Source: a virus
Taxonomy: Duplodnaviria; Heunggongvirae; Uroviricota; Caudoviricetes
Virus record (IMG/VR): IMGVR_UViG_648276653_000011
Location: 1 to 23,506 of that record
Direction: 5' to 3' (one strand)
Length of the DNA stretch: 23,506 nucleotides
In this document: positions 16,681 through 23,506 of the stretch, piece after piece
How the letters are laid out: the number at the start of each line of letters is the position of its first letter
How positions within the stretch are numbered: the first letter of the stretch is position 1
Position numbers and translations under genes: made by a program
Notes under the pieces: model-generated
Database searches by the model: none
What the model saw: the letters and a program-made list of their open reading frames with translations, nothing else
Told to the model about the DNA's origin: nothing

Positions 16681-17220
16681 ATGGATATTAAAGATAAAAT
16701 CAATACCATTTTGTTATGTGACATTGCCATCCACCTAGGTATCGAAACTGATATTGATCCACAGCTTGTTAAATATGCTGTGTCATCTGGTAATGATTGG
16801 GTTATCAAGGCCGAATATTCACATTTGGATGTTGACGAACCAAGTAAAGAAGATCGTGATTTTGTTACTGCTGTCTTGAATATGTATCGCGGACTTTCCA
16901 ATGCTTTCAGGAAACTTAGTGATGACGAGCAAAAAGAATTAGTCCGTGACCATCATCTAAAAATACATGATGGGGCAATTCAGCTCCCAGGTTTCGACGG
17001 TAATAATGAATGCGATTACTTCAGTATCATTGAGGCATATCAGAAAATTGATCGCTTCCCCGAACAGAAACAGCCCATTGCCAATACTCATTCACGTACA
17101 GAACATCTCTATAACGCAATGCTTGATGAGTTTAAGAAAATTGACGCTGTAAATCGAAGCTGGGATTTATCGAAGGAAGAACTGGCATCCATTCTTTCCA
17201 CAGCTCCACGCAGTTTCTAA
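16681..17220 (+). CDS. Plus-strand moron gene, 179 aa; tentatively YfbU/UPF0304-like; function unknown
   Basis: ORF MDIKDKINTILLCDIAIHLGIETDIDPQLVKYAVSSGNDWVIKAEYSHLDVDEPSKEDRDF...; visibly AT-rich versus flanking late genes; AGAGGG RBS 8 nt upstream; strand opposite to the late operon; hairpin immediately downstream. Family call is from memory only. Confidence 0.6.
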   Translation: MDIKDKINTILLCDIAIHLGIETDIDPQLVKYAVSSGNDWVIKAEYSHLDVDEPSKEDRDFVTAVLNMYRGLSNAFRKLSDDEQKELVRDHHLKIHDGAIQLPGFDGNNECDYFSIIEAYQKIDRFPEQKQPIANTHSRTEHLYNAMLDEFKKIDAVNRSWDLSKEELASILSTAPRSF

Positions 17221-17225
17221 GTGCT

Positions 17226-17492
17226 TTAGGCGGGTTTCCAACCCGCCTTATTATGCTCGTATATAGAGAAGGAAGCACCCAAATTAACCAGCGCGGATTT
17301 CTTTTCTTCAATACGGCTGTTAAGTTCAGCAACTGCATGCGGGCGTATGGCCTCAAGAAAAGCACTATATTGATAGGCAGACTGGATTGTCACACCAAGC
17401 CCTGCACCACTTTCCAGTATACCTTTCTGTCGCTGTAGCTCTTTCATCTCGTTATAGATGTAATGTGCGTTACTTAGGTTTTCTACGTTCAC
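17226..17492 (-). CDS. Hypothetical protein, 88 aa (73 aa from the internal ATG), in the AT-rich island between Rz and HNH
   Basis: ORF MNVENLSNAHYIYNEMKELQRQKGILESGAGLGVTIQSAYQYSAFLEAIRPHAVAELNSRIEEKKSALVNLGASFSIYEHNKAGWKPA; GTG start with AGGAAG ~10 nt upstream; no family recognised. Confidence 0.45.
   Translation of the reverse strand: MNVENLSNAHYIYNEMKELQRQKGILESGAGLGVTIQSAYQYSAFLEAIRPHAVAELNSRIEEKKSALVNLGASFSIYEHNKAGWKPA
17228..17248 (+). terminator. Hairpin (AGGCGGGTT-TCC-AACCCGCCT) 8 nt after the 179-aa gene stop; probable terminator
   Basis: Perfect 9-bp inverted repeat read directly, followed by TATTATG on the plus strand; overlaps the last codons of the convergent 88-aa ORF. Confidence 0.4.
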
Positions 17493-17647
17493 GCCCTAAG
17501 TTCTTCCTGCAGTTAGCCTGCACTGATTTGTTATGCGCCAATATGTCCCGCTTCGTCTGTTGCATTATCATAAGTAATAGCGTAGGTTGACACCTTGGCT
17601 CTCTTTCGCCACCGGCGAATCTTTAGCGGATTATCCTTGGCCGGTTT

Positions 17648-18130
17648 TTATCTGAGACATTGCTCACGAATGTATAGCTGTGCCCCTTCCAGTTGCTTCT
17701 GCATCGTCATCAACCGTTCTCTGAGGGTGAAATAATCCCGTTCAGCGGTGTCTGCCAGTCTGGGGCTGGTTGCATTATCCACGCTGGTGGGTCCGGTGGC
17801 TTCACGCACGGCTGCGGAGCAACTGGCATTGACCCGCAGGCGCTTACGACCAGCGGCAACATCAGCGCGCAGAGTTTCATTTTCAGCTTTCGCATTGGCT
17901 AATTCTCTCGAGTACTTTGCATCGAGCGCAGCAACATCACGCTGACGCTGCTGCATGTCAGCGATGGTGGCGGTCAGCTGCTTCAGCTCACTGACTTTTT
18001 TATCACGCTGTTCTTTGTAGGTGATGGCGTTATCACGGTAATGATTGACCGCCCACGACAGGCAGACGATGATGCAGATAACCAGAGCATAAATAATCGC
18101 GGCGACTCTGCTCACTGATCTATTCCCCAA
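17648..18130 (-). CDS. Rz: Rz i-spanin
   Basis: 160-aa ORF with N-terminal TM segment and ...[23 protein letters not shown]...[10 protein letters not shown]...[15 protein letters not shown]...TMQKQLEG... matching recalled lambda Rz. Confidence 0.9.
   Translation of the reverse strand: MGNRSVSRVAAIIYALVICIIVCLSWAVNHYRDNAITYKEQRDKKVSELKQLTATIADMQQRQRDVAALDAKYSRELANAKAENETLRADVAAGRKRLRVNASCSAAVREATGPTSVDNATSPRLADTAERDYFTLRERLMTMQKQLEGAQLYIREQCLR
17710..17895 (-). CDS. Rz1: Rz1 o-spanin lipoprotein, embedded in the +1 frame of Rz
   Basis: 61-aa [25 protein letters not shown]...[32 protein letters not shown]; lipobox LVVSAC and Pro-rich body, matching recalled lambda Rz1; wholly within Rz. Confidence 0.85.
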   Translation of the reverse strand: MRKLKMKLCALMLPLVVSACGSMPVAPQPCVKPPDPPAWIMQPAPDWQTPLNGIISPSENG

Positions 18131-18645
18131 CAGGCTAATGCGCTTTCTTGGTCACGACGAATAACCTGTCCATAGCAGTTATTTGAACGTATGCGGCAAT
18201 CGCGCCCACCATCTTTTATCCACCAGCGAATCGCCTCGCATGCGCCCTTACGATCACCAGCATTCAGCCGCTTATAAAACGTCGATGGAAAACACTTACC
18301 GGGGCCAATGTTATAGGGACAAAATGACGCGATACCCGCTTTTTGTGGTTCGGTCAGTGGTACTTTAATATTGCGCTCCACCCATGCCAGCGCCTTATCA
18401 CGCTCAATGGCGTTGACCTGGTCGCATTTTTCCTTCGACAGTTTCATATTGGGAAAAACGGTTTTTCCATCCACCACTGTGGCACCCCGACAGATGGTCC
18501 ATATGCCAGAACCATCGCGGTATGCCATTGTGTGGTTACCTTCTTTTTCGTCCAGAAACTGGTCAAGTATCTGAGGAGCAGATGCGCCAGCACCAATCAG
18601 CGCCAGAACGGCAGCCGACAGGCCGTATCTGATTTTTGTGTTCAT
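18112..18645 (-). CDS. SAR endolysin (phage lysozyme with N-terminal signal-anchor-release domain)
   Basis: 177-aa ORF; N-terminal Gly/Ala-rich weakly hydrophobic [23 protein letters not shown]; catalytic E-x8-D-x5-T pattern ([16 protein letters not shown]) as in phage 21 R; upstream of Rz. Confidence 0.85.
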   Translation of the reverse strand: MNTKIRYGLSAAVLALIGAGASAPQILDQFLDEKEGNHTMAYRDGSGIWTICRGATVVDGKTVFPNMKLSKEKCDQVNAIERDKALAWVERNIKVPLTEPQKAGIASFCPYNIGPGKCFPSTFYKRLNAGDRKGACEAIRWWIKDGGRDCRIRSNNCYGQVIRRDQESALACWGIDQ

Positions 18646-18953
18646 ATATATTTATGATGAGGACGCTCGTGCTTATTGGCAGGATTTTCAATCTTAAAGG
18701 AGTACTGATGCTGCAGATAAGACTCAACTTTTTCTGACAATTTTTCTGCTACTTCCAGGAAGACTTGCCGGACGCTCCTTCTGGCTGCTGCCTCATAAAA
18801 CTCCAGCGCAGCTCCTTCAACACGGTCCATGGCGACATCCAGGTCAAAAATTTCACCGTCAAAGCGTTCTTTGTCCTGTAATGCTAAAGTTACCGTAACT
18901 TTATTCTCAAAATTGCGGATCCCTTTCACAATCAGTTCATAGTTTTGAGTCAT
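18642..18953 (-). CDS. DUF1327-like protein between holin and endolysin (YdfR-like, tentative)
   Basis: 103-aa ORF MTQNYELIVKGIRNFENKVTVTLALQDKERFDGEIFDLDVAMDRVEGAALEFYEAAARR...; same size and position as the gene between the holin and lysozyme in Qin-type prophages (recalled). Confidence 0.6.
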   Translation of the reverse strand: MTQNYELIVKGIRNFENKVTVTLALQDKERFDGEIFDLDVAMDRVEGAALEFYEAAARRSVRQVFLEVAEKLSEKVESYLQHQYSFKIENPANKHERPHHKYI

Positions 18954-18957
18954 TGAA

Positions 18958-19173
18958 TTACTCTCCTCTCGCAGCCTTACGCCTGTCTTCTTTAATCTTG
19001 AAATAAAGATTTGTCAGATACGTCAGCAGGCCAAAAACCAGGCTACCCAGCACACCGATTGCAGCCCACTGTGACGGAGTTACTTTATCGAGTAACTGCA
19101 ATGCCCAGAAACCAGCATTACCCGCCGATGTGCCATAGGCAACACCTGTTGTTAACTTATCCATTGATTTCAT
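18958..19173 (-). CDS. Class II (S21-type) pinholin with dual-start motif
   Basis: From the internal ATG: [71 protein letters not shown] (71 aa), very similar to recalled phage 21 S; Met1/Met4 dual start; the track ORF 18958..19248 is an upstream extension. Confidence 0.8.
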   Translation of the reverse strand: MKSMDKLTTGVAYGTSAGNAGFWALQLLDKVTPSQWAAIGVLGSLVFGLLTYLTNLYFKIKEDRRKAARGE

Positions 19174-19392
19174 ATCCTCACCCCGATGTACACGGATGGT
19201 GCAATATGTTTGAAAAGATCGGAGTCTACGGGGTAGTTTTGACAGCACACGTTGTTCTCAACGGCGCTAAAAAAACATACACATTAAAAATGTGGGTAAT
19301 TATTTTGAAAGAAAATCATATATAAAATAATAATACGAGAAATGTTTTCATATTTAGTGTACTGTATACGGCCATTTATACAGGAAAAGCCT

Positions 19393-19563
19393 ATGTCAGA
19401 ACGTAAAGACTCAAAATCACGCCGTAATTATCTCGTTAAATGCTCCTGCCCAAACTGCACCCAAGAGTCAGAACACAGTTTTTCAAGAGTACAAAAAGGT
19501 GCCCTTTTGATCTGCCCTCATTGCAACAAAATATTCCAGACAAATCTTAAAGCTGTAGCCTGA
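19393..19563 (+). CDS. Small zinc-ribbon protein (56 aa from ATG; hypothetical)
   Basis: MSERKDSKSRRNYLVKCSCPNCTQESEHSFSRVQKGALLICPHCNKIFQTNLKAVA with CxxC...CxxC pairs; AGGAAAAG RBS; AT-rich; the track ORF starts further upstream at 19342. Confidence 0.4.
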   Translation: MSERKDSKSRRNYLVKCSCPNCTQESEHSFSRVQKGALLICPHCNKIFQTNLKAVA

Positions 19564-19622
19564 TTGATTTTATTAGTAACAAGTATTTTTTATATTTTAA
19601 TAATATATTTAAAGCAGATAAT

Positions 19623-19650
19623 AAAAAACCCGCCTGAGCGGGTTTGAGAT
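19623..19650 (-). terminator. Intrinsic terminator (AAACCCGC-TCAG-GCGGGTTT plus T-run), possibly bidirectional
   Basis: Perfect 8-bp GC-rich inverted repeat; on the minus strand followed by TTTTTTATTAT; ~280 nt downstream of cspB and ~60 nt downstream of the plus-strand zinc-ribbon ORF. Confidence 0.5.
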
Positions 19651-19925
19651 TGTGGTGCTTTTTGTGGGAGTCATCCACTTACGCACTTTGTTTTGCCATG
19701 CCAGCAGTTAGCTTCTGCTGTAAAACTATTCATGCAGCAAACCTGCACTTCACCACAATGGTTAGCATACTTTTCCTGATTAAGGTTTTGCCAAATATGC
19801 TGGCCATTGTTTCATGTATTGGACCTCCTTATTTTTATTAAAGAGATCCAATATTCACTACTCTGTCCGTATCTCTACTCAGGCATCAGCCTTCTTCGTT
19901 ATCGTATACAGACGAGCGATGAATT

Positions 19926-20141
19926 TTAATCAGTAATGATGACATTTGCTGCTGCAGGACCTTTAGCACCACTCTCTATAGAGAAGGTAACCTTTTGACC
20001 TTCAAATAAGGTTCGATAATTATCATTCTGAATCGCAGAAAAATGCACAAACACATCTTTACTACCATCAACAGGAGAAATAAAGCCGAAACCTTTATCA
20101 GCGTTAAACCATTTTACTAAACCAGTCATTTTATTTGACAT
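19926..20141 (-). CDS. cspB: Cold shock protein CspB-like (CspA family)
   Basis: 71-aa [74 protein letters not shown]; canonical RNP motifs KGFGFI and VFVHF; TAAGGAAT RBS. Confidence 0.9.
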   Translation of the reverse strand: MSNKMTGLVKWFNADKGFGFISPVDGSKDVFVHFSAIQNDNYRTLFEGQKVTFSIESGAKGPAAANVIITD

Positions 20142-20441
20142 TCTACATTCCTTAACTTGAGCCTTTCGGCATAAATGGTTTGCATAACAGAAACGACTTC
20201 GTACTTAATTGGAGAGACTCAAAGAAGGAATAAGTGAATAACACCTGAAATGAGAACTGCTTTAGTAAACTACTTCGTATATCGTCTGTTCTTCAAACCG
20301 ACGCAATCATTAACGCATAGTTGAACATATGAAGCAATGTTTATTTTAGACATCCAGCCATCTTCAACCCCATCAAAAAACTATAGCTTTCTTCAGGAAC
20401 GTGTGTATAGTGCGCCAAGTTATCAGTATTAAGGAATTTTT

Positions 20442-20654
20442 TTGTCCCGTAAAATGACAGGAATTGTCAAAACCTTTGACGGCAAAAGCGGCAAGGGTCT
20501 TATCACCCCATCCGATGGTCGTATCGATGTCCAGCTTCATGTTTCAGCGCTCAATCTCCGCGATGCAGAAGAAATTACCACCGGATTACGCGTGGAATTT
20601 TGCCGGATAAATGGTCTGCGTGGCCCTTCAGCTGCCAATGTTTACCTTTCATGA
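20442..20654 (+). CDS. cspF: Cold shock-like protein CspF/CspH family
   Basis: 70-aa [73 protein letters not shown]; apparent TTG start with AAGGAA 5 nt upstream; divergent from cspB. Confidence 0.85.
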
Positions 20655-20708
20655 GCTATATTAAAGCTTTAATTTCAGGCCCCATCGGATCACACATGGA
20701 GAGTTTTT

Positions 20709-20798
20709 ATGAATAACCCCGTCTGTCTTGATGACTGGATGATTGGCTTTAAAAGCTTATGCTGTACTTTGGCCGTAATAGCTCTGCTAATAATATAA
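20709..20798 (+). CDS. Candidate 29-aa hydrophobic peptide ORF downstream of cspF (speculative)
   Basis: GGAGAG-TTTTT-ATG context; manual translation [29 protein letters not shown] with hydrophobic C-terminal half; below the track's size cut-off. Confidence 0.2.
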   Translation: MNNPVCLDDWMIGFKSLCCTLAVIALLII

Positions 20799-20946
20799 TA
20801 AGCAGACTCATTGTGTTTAGGGACATTGTACTGGAAGAAAACATTTTAAACATCAGGCAAATAACCAAGTCACCAGCTAAATAATAAGTTAACAGACATG
20901 AGTCCCGGGATGAGATTCAACATTACCATTGCCCCATTTAAAGCAC

Positions 20947-20980
20947 AAAACCCGCTCATCAGCGGGTTTTCTACTTTTTC
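20947..20980 (-). terminator. Candidate tR' late terminator (10-bp stem AAAACCCGCT/AGCGGGTTTT), potentially bidirectional
   Basis: Inverted repeat read directly, followed by TTTTGTGCTTT on the minus strand and CTACTTTTTC on the plus strand; ~60 nt downstream of the putative pR' start. Confidence 0.5.
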
Positions 20981-21009
20981 TTAACGTCGGGTATACAAAG
21001 CCCATCGTT

Positions 21010-21050
21010 GAAAAAATTTTATCCATATTTTTTGAAAAATGCAAACATCA
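21010..21050 (-). promoter_or_regulatory. Candidate late promoter pR' (-35 TTGCAT, 17-bp spacer, -10 TAAAAT) just downstream of Q; expected Q-utilisation region
   Basis: Minus strand reads TTGCAT-ttttcaaaaaatatgga-TAAAAT (plus coordinates 21039..21044 and 21016..21021); position after Q matches the lambdoid pR'/qut arrangement. Confidence 0.45.
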
Positions 21051-21075
21051 TGTCGCCATCTTCAGCAAAAATCAT

Positions 21076-21828
21076 TTATCTCGTCACCTTCCTCAATTGC
21101 GCTTCCGCGTATGCTTCTTCCTGCCAGCACTTTGTTACCAGTTTACCAATGACGTCCGCATACCCCTTATACCACTGATAATCGGTCAGGTCTGGTACCA
21201 GCTTCTGGACATGACGTCGTGCCAGCGTGGTCGGTAAACGACTAAACCGGTTTCCATTACAACGCCCACAAATCTTATATACCGGTACGCCATGAAACCG
21301 GGTTCTTTTTTCATCCAGAACAATCCCTTTACCCTTACACCCTCTGCACGCTGTGCTGACTTCGCCCTTACCATGGCAATGCTGACATAGTTCCTTCACC
21401 CATTCTTCCTTGATTACAGATTCCCCGCGTCTGTAGTGTTTCACCACTTCGCGCAATACATTATAAAATCCCGTACCTGAACAATGCTCACAGCGAGCCT
21501 TACTTGCCGCAGACCTGGAGTAATCAGCAAAGGCAAAACTCACGAGGTAAGGAATAATCTGTAACCGGATTTCTTCACTCAATTTGTTCAATGTCGGGTT
21601 ATCCAGTGCCATCGCGTAATTTAGCAGGCCTTCAATCGCAAACTGAGGGTCCTGAACACCAACTTTTGCCAGAAATAAGGCCAACCCAAGTGGTGCTTTC
21701 GACTGCACCATCCCCTGCGCTGCCATTACATCCGTAATTGTTAAACAACCGGTGCCTGTCGCTGGAGCGTCATCGCTCAATTTTGGAGATTTTGGGGAGT
21801 AATATTTTGGTAAGGCTTCAAGGTTCAT
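21076..21828 (-). CDS. Late-gene antitermination protein Q
   Basis: ATG at 21828 with GGAG 7 nt upstream gives MNLEALPKYYSPKSPKLSDDAPATGTGCLTITDVMAAQGMVQSKAPLG...; Cys-rich C-terminal cluster (CEHCSGTG...CQHCHGKG...CRGCKGKG...CGRCNG) suggesting Zn binding; position before the late promoter and lysis genes. Confidence 0.8.
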   Translation of the reverse strand: MNLEALPKYYSPKSPKLSDDAPATGTGCLTITDVMAAQGMVQSKAPLGLALFLAKVGVQDPQFAIEGLLNYAMALDNPTLNKLSEEIRLQIIPYLVSFAFADYSRSAASKARCEHCSGTGFYNVLREVVKHYRRGESVIKEEWVKELCQHCHGKGEVSTACRGCKGKGIVLDEKRTRFHGVPVYKICGRCNGNRFSRLPTTLARRHVQKLVPDLTDYQWYKGYADVIGKLVTKCWQEEAYAEAQLRKVTR

Positions 21829-21841
21829 GCTCGTTCTCCAC

Positions 21842-22930
21842 TTACGCCAGTACGCCAATTGCCAGCGCGCGATCGATAAAACGAAATATCAGCTCCAGTT
21901 GGGAGCCATACTTCTCTTCAAATGCCACTGTATCCGTATGCAGCTCGTTGTGATGCTTTCTGCACAAAGGCAACACAAAGAGATCATGTGCTTTTGTTCC
22001 CATTCCGCCCTGCCCGTGACCAATCAGATGATGCGGATCGTCGGCTGGCATACCGCAGCAAGCACACGGCTGTGTCTTAACCCAACGTGTGTATTTCTCC
22101 TTAACCCAGCGGCGACGTTTAGGCAGCTTCATGAAAGATTCCGGAGACTCTGGATCAACGGTGATGCTTACCACCGTCTTTTCCTGTGGTGGTTTTTGTT
22201 GCTGGTAGGCGTAAGGCAACGGTGCAAGATTTTTTGTGCGTTGTTTCAATATGCTGGTGGCGGTCTGCTCTCCCGGTACGATGTCGCTTTCGCGGTACAC
22301 CGAGCAGATTTTTTCCGCTGGTAATCCCAGCGAACGACGCGATACAGCCTCAGGTAGTGCATCCACCACCTGATTGCAGACCGCCCACCAGGATAATTCA
22401 GCCAAAGATAATTCCCGCTCCTGCGTACCGCTTATTGCGTGACGGATGACGTCAATCACCCATGCTGTCAGATTTTGTTGAGCAAGCAGATCCAGTGATT
22501 CCGATGTCTGGTCACGCAGTTGGTTGTCGCAGTGCCAACACAACACCATTGCGCCGGTACCATAACGGTGAATGACTGTTTCAGAGTGATGGTAATCGCC
22601 ATTAGGCCACTGGCAGGATGTAACATGACGTAATAGCCAGTCAGACAATGCGCCAACGCCGCCAGCAGCACGAATCACCCGTTCGTTACTAAAAAACGGC
22701 AGCAATGTTTTGTCTTCCACCAGCGGCTGGCGAACGGCAGGAACGACTCCGGATGGCAGATTACGCATGCTTTTTGGTTCCGGTTCCACCAGCACTCGAG
22801 GATTATGAAATATCTGTATGGATTCACGGCCCGGCTTAAGGACCACCAGCCCAAGCTCAGGCACCAGAACAGGTCTAAGTAATACCCGCACGTTACCTCC
22901 AGATCCGTTGCTGGAAAGTGCGGGACGCAC
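21842..22930 (-). CDS. DUF968-like protein (YdfU-like; start uncertain)
   Basis: C-terminal ...CACCGMPADDPHHLIGHGQGGMGTKAHDLFVLPLCRKHHNELH... recalled as the DUF968 signature; sits immediately upstream of Q as in Qin-type prophages; annotated start is GTG at 22930, overlapping the upstream 92-aa ORF; internal ATG at ~22768 is an alternative. Confidence 0.6.
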   Translation of the reverse strand: MRPALSSNGSGGNVRVLLRPVLVPELGLVVLKPGRESIQIFHNPRVLVEPEPKSMRNLPSGVVPAVRQPLVEDKTLLPFFSNERVIRAAGGVGALSDWLLRHVTSCQWPNGDYHHSETVIHRYGTGAMVLCWHCDNQLRDQTSESLDLLAQQNLTAWVIDVIRHAISGTQERELSLAELSWWAVCNQVVDALPEAVSRRSLGLPAEKICSVYRESDIVPGEQTATSILKQRTKNLAPLPYAYQQQKPPQEKTVVSITVDPESPESFMKLPKRRRWVKEKYTRWVKTQPCACCGMPADDPHHLIGHGQGGMGTKAHDLFVLPLCRKHHNELHTDTVAFEEKYGSQLELIFRFIDRALAIGVLA

Positions 22931-23171
22931 GTGGTGGGCGTTCGGAGTAAGGCAATCTGACTGAGATTATCCAGTGACGGTAGTCGAGGCTAAGGGCTTT
23001 CTTAACCTCGTATCCGCGCCTGCGGTAACACTGAATTATCCATTCAGCCTGCTCTTCAGTGCATGGAGGGTGTTGGAACCATTCAGACTTGAATGCGTGA
23101 GAATACCGCTCGTGCGTGCAGACAAGAACGGGCGAATTATCAGAATTGTAATATTTTACGTTGCGTGCCAT
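22893..23171 (-). CDS. Hypothetical protein, 92 aa
   Basis: ORF MARNVKYYNSDNSPVLVCTHERYSHAFKSEWFQHPPCTEEQAEWIIQCYRRRGYEVKKALSLDY...; GGAGAAAA RBS upstream of the ATG; no family recognised. Confidence 0.45.
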   Translation of the reverse strand: MARNVKYYNSDNSPVLVCTHERYSHAFKSEWFQHPPCTEEQAEWIIQCYRRRGYEVKKALSLDYRHWIISVRLPYSERPPRASRTFQQRIWR

Positions 23172-23237
23172 CGGTTTTCTCCGGTGGCACGGTGTTACTC
23201 AGCGGGAGTTCAGCCCCGCGCAAGATTGTAGATGAGT

Positions 23238-23489
23238 TTATTCTTCTGCAAAAGCTGAAAAGCCTGCTTTTATTCCGATCTCTTTCAGTGCCTGTAATGA
23301 AGTGACAAACTCACCTTCGCGCAAGATAAATCCGTCCGTGACTCGAGCATCCACAAAATTAATTAACGCAGCCCCATTCTTTCGCAAACACAGAATGCGG
23401 TAATGACTAACAATGTTTCCATTTTCAACGCACACAGCATAGAGGCCATCTTCACAAAAAATTTTACGCAGTTCTTCGATGTTCATCAT
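23238..23489 (-). CDS. Hypothetical protein, 83 aa
   Basis: ORF MMNIEELRKIFCEDGLYAVCVENGNIVSHYRILCLRKNGAALINFVDARVTDGFILREGEFVTSLQALKEIGIKAGFSAFAEE; GGAAGGA RBS 7 nt upstream of ATGATG; same size as Rem of Qin but identity not verified. Confidence 0.5.
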   Translation of the reverse strand: MMNIEELRKIFCEDGLYAVCVENGNIVSHYRILCLRKNGAALINFVDARVTDGFILREGEFVTSLQALKEIGIKAGFSAFAEE

Positions 23490-23506
23490 CAGAATCCTTC
23501 CGGATA

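Larger units (their letters stand above)
1..23506 (-). mobile_element. Lambdoid prophage late region (Q, lysis, packaging, HK97-type head, lambda-type tail); partial, continues beyond both window ends
   Basis: Collinear minus-strand order Q - holin/endolysin/Rz - HNH - TerS/TerL - portal - protease - capsid - head-tail joining - major tail - G/GT - tape measure - M-L-K-I-J; tight gene packing with overlapping stop/start codons; AT-rich accessory islands between modules. Confidence 0.9.

Noticed and set aside
16674-17590. ORFs 16674..16901 (-), 16967..17152 (+), 17132..17365 (-), 17253..17438 (+) and 17387..17590 (+)
   Set aside because: Overlap the 179-aa plus gene or the 88-aa minus gene in other frames or antisense; AT-rich DNA gives chance ORFs, and these lack RBS support.
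17693-18574. Plus-strand ORFs antisense to Rz and the endolysin (17693..17902, 17748..17945, 18183..18368, 18343..18657, 18371..18574)
   Set aside because: Antisense to strongly supported lysis genes.
19011-19841. Plus-strand ORFs 19011..19325 and 19644..19841
   Set aside because: The first is antisense to the pinholin. The second starts at a TTG inside the terminator hairpin with no RBS; its first in-frame ATG also lacks a Shine-Dalgarno.
20929-22671. ORFs 20929..21237, 21186..21374, 21738..21953, 21827..22324, 22186..22449, 22468..22671, 22974..23231 and 23093..23305
   Set aside because: Antisense or alternative-frame overlaps with Q, the DUF968 gene and the two small upstream genes.
1-23506. 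CRISPR array, integrase/attachment site, rRNA, or toxin-antitoxin modules (hok/relBE)
   Set aside because: No regularly spaced direct repeats, no integrase or recombinase ORF, and no recognisable hok or relBE sequences within the window; such elements, if present in this prophage, lie outside it.

Overview
This window is a slice through the late (lysis, packaging, head, tail) region of a lambdoid prophage from an E. coli-like enterobacterium. I found no convincing new multi-gene system; the most interesting items are a frame discontinuity in the tape-measure gene, a +1 frameshift site in the tail chaperone, and several AT-rich accessory (moron) insertions. Nearly every real gene is on the minus strand, so most plus-strand ORFs in the supplied track are antisense artefacts of GC-rich coding DNA. 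Reading the minus strand from high to low coordinates: two small hypothetical genes, a DUF968 protein, antiterminator Q, a candidate late promoter and terminator (pR'/tR'), a divergent cold-shock pair (cspF on plus, cspB on minus), an S21-type pinholin, a DUF1327 protein, a SAR endolysin, Rz with embedded Rz1, an AT-rich island holding an 88-aa gene and a plus-strand 179-aa gene, an HNH endonuclease, a probable cos region, terminase small and large subunits, portal, prohead protease, HK97-type major capsid, four head-tail joining genes, major tail protein, G/G-T chaperone, tape measure H, then M, L, K, I and the first ~655 codons of J, which runs off the window start. The gene content and order resemble the Qin-type prophage of E. 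coli, but with an intact structural module. No rRNA, tRNA or CRISPR array was seen. All assignments rest on reading the translations and recalled family signatures; no database search was run.
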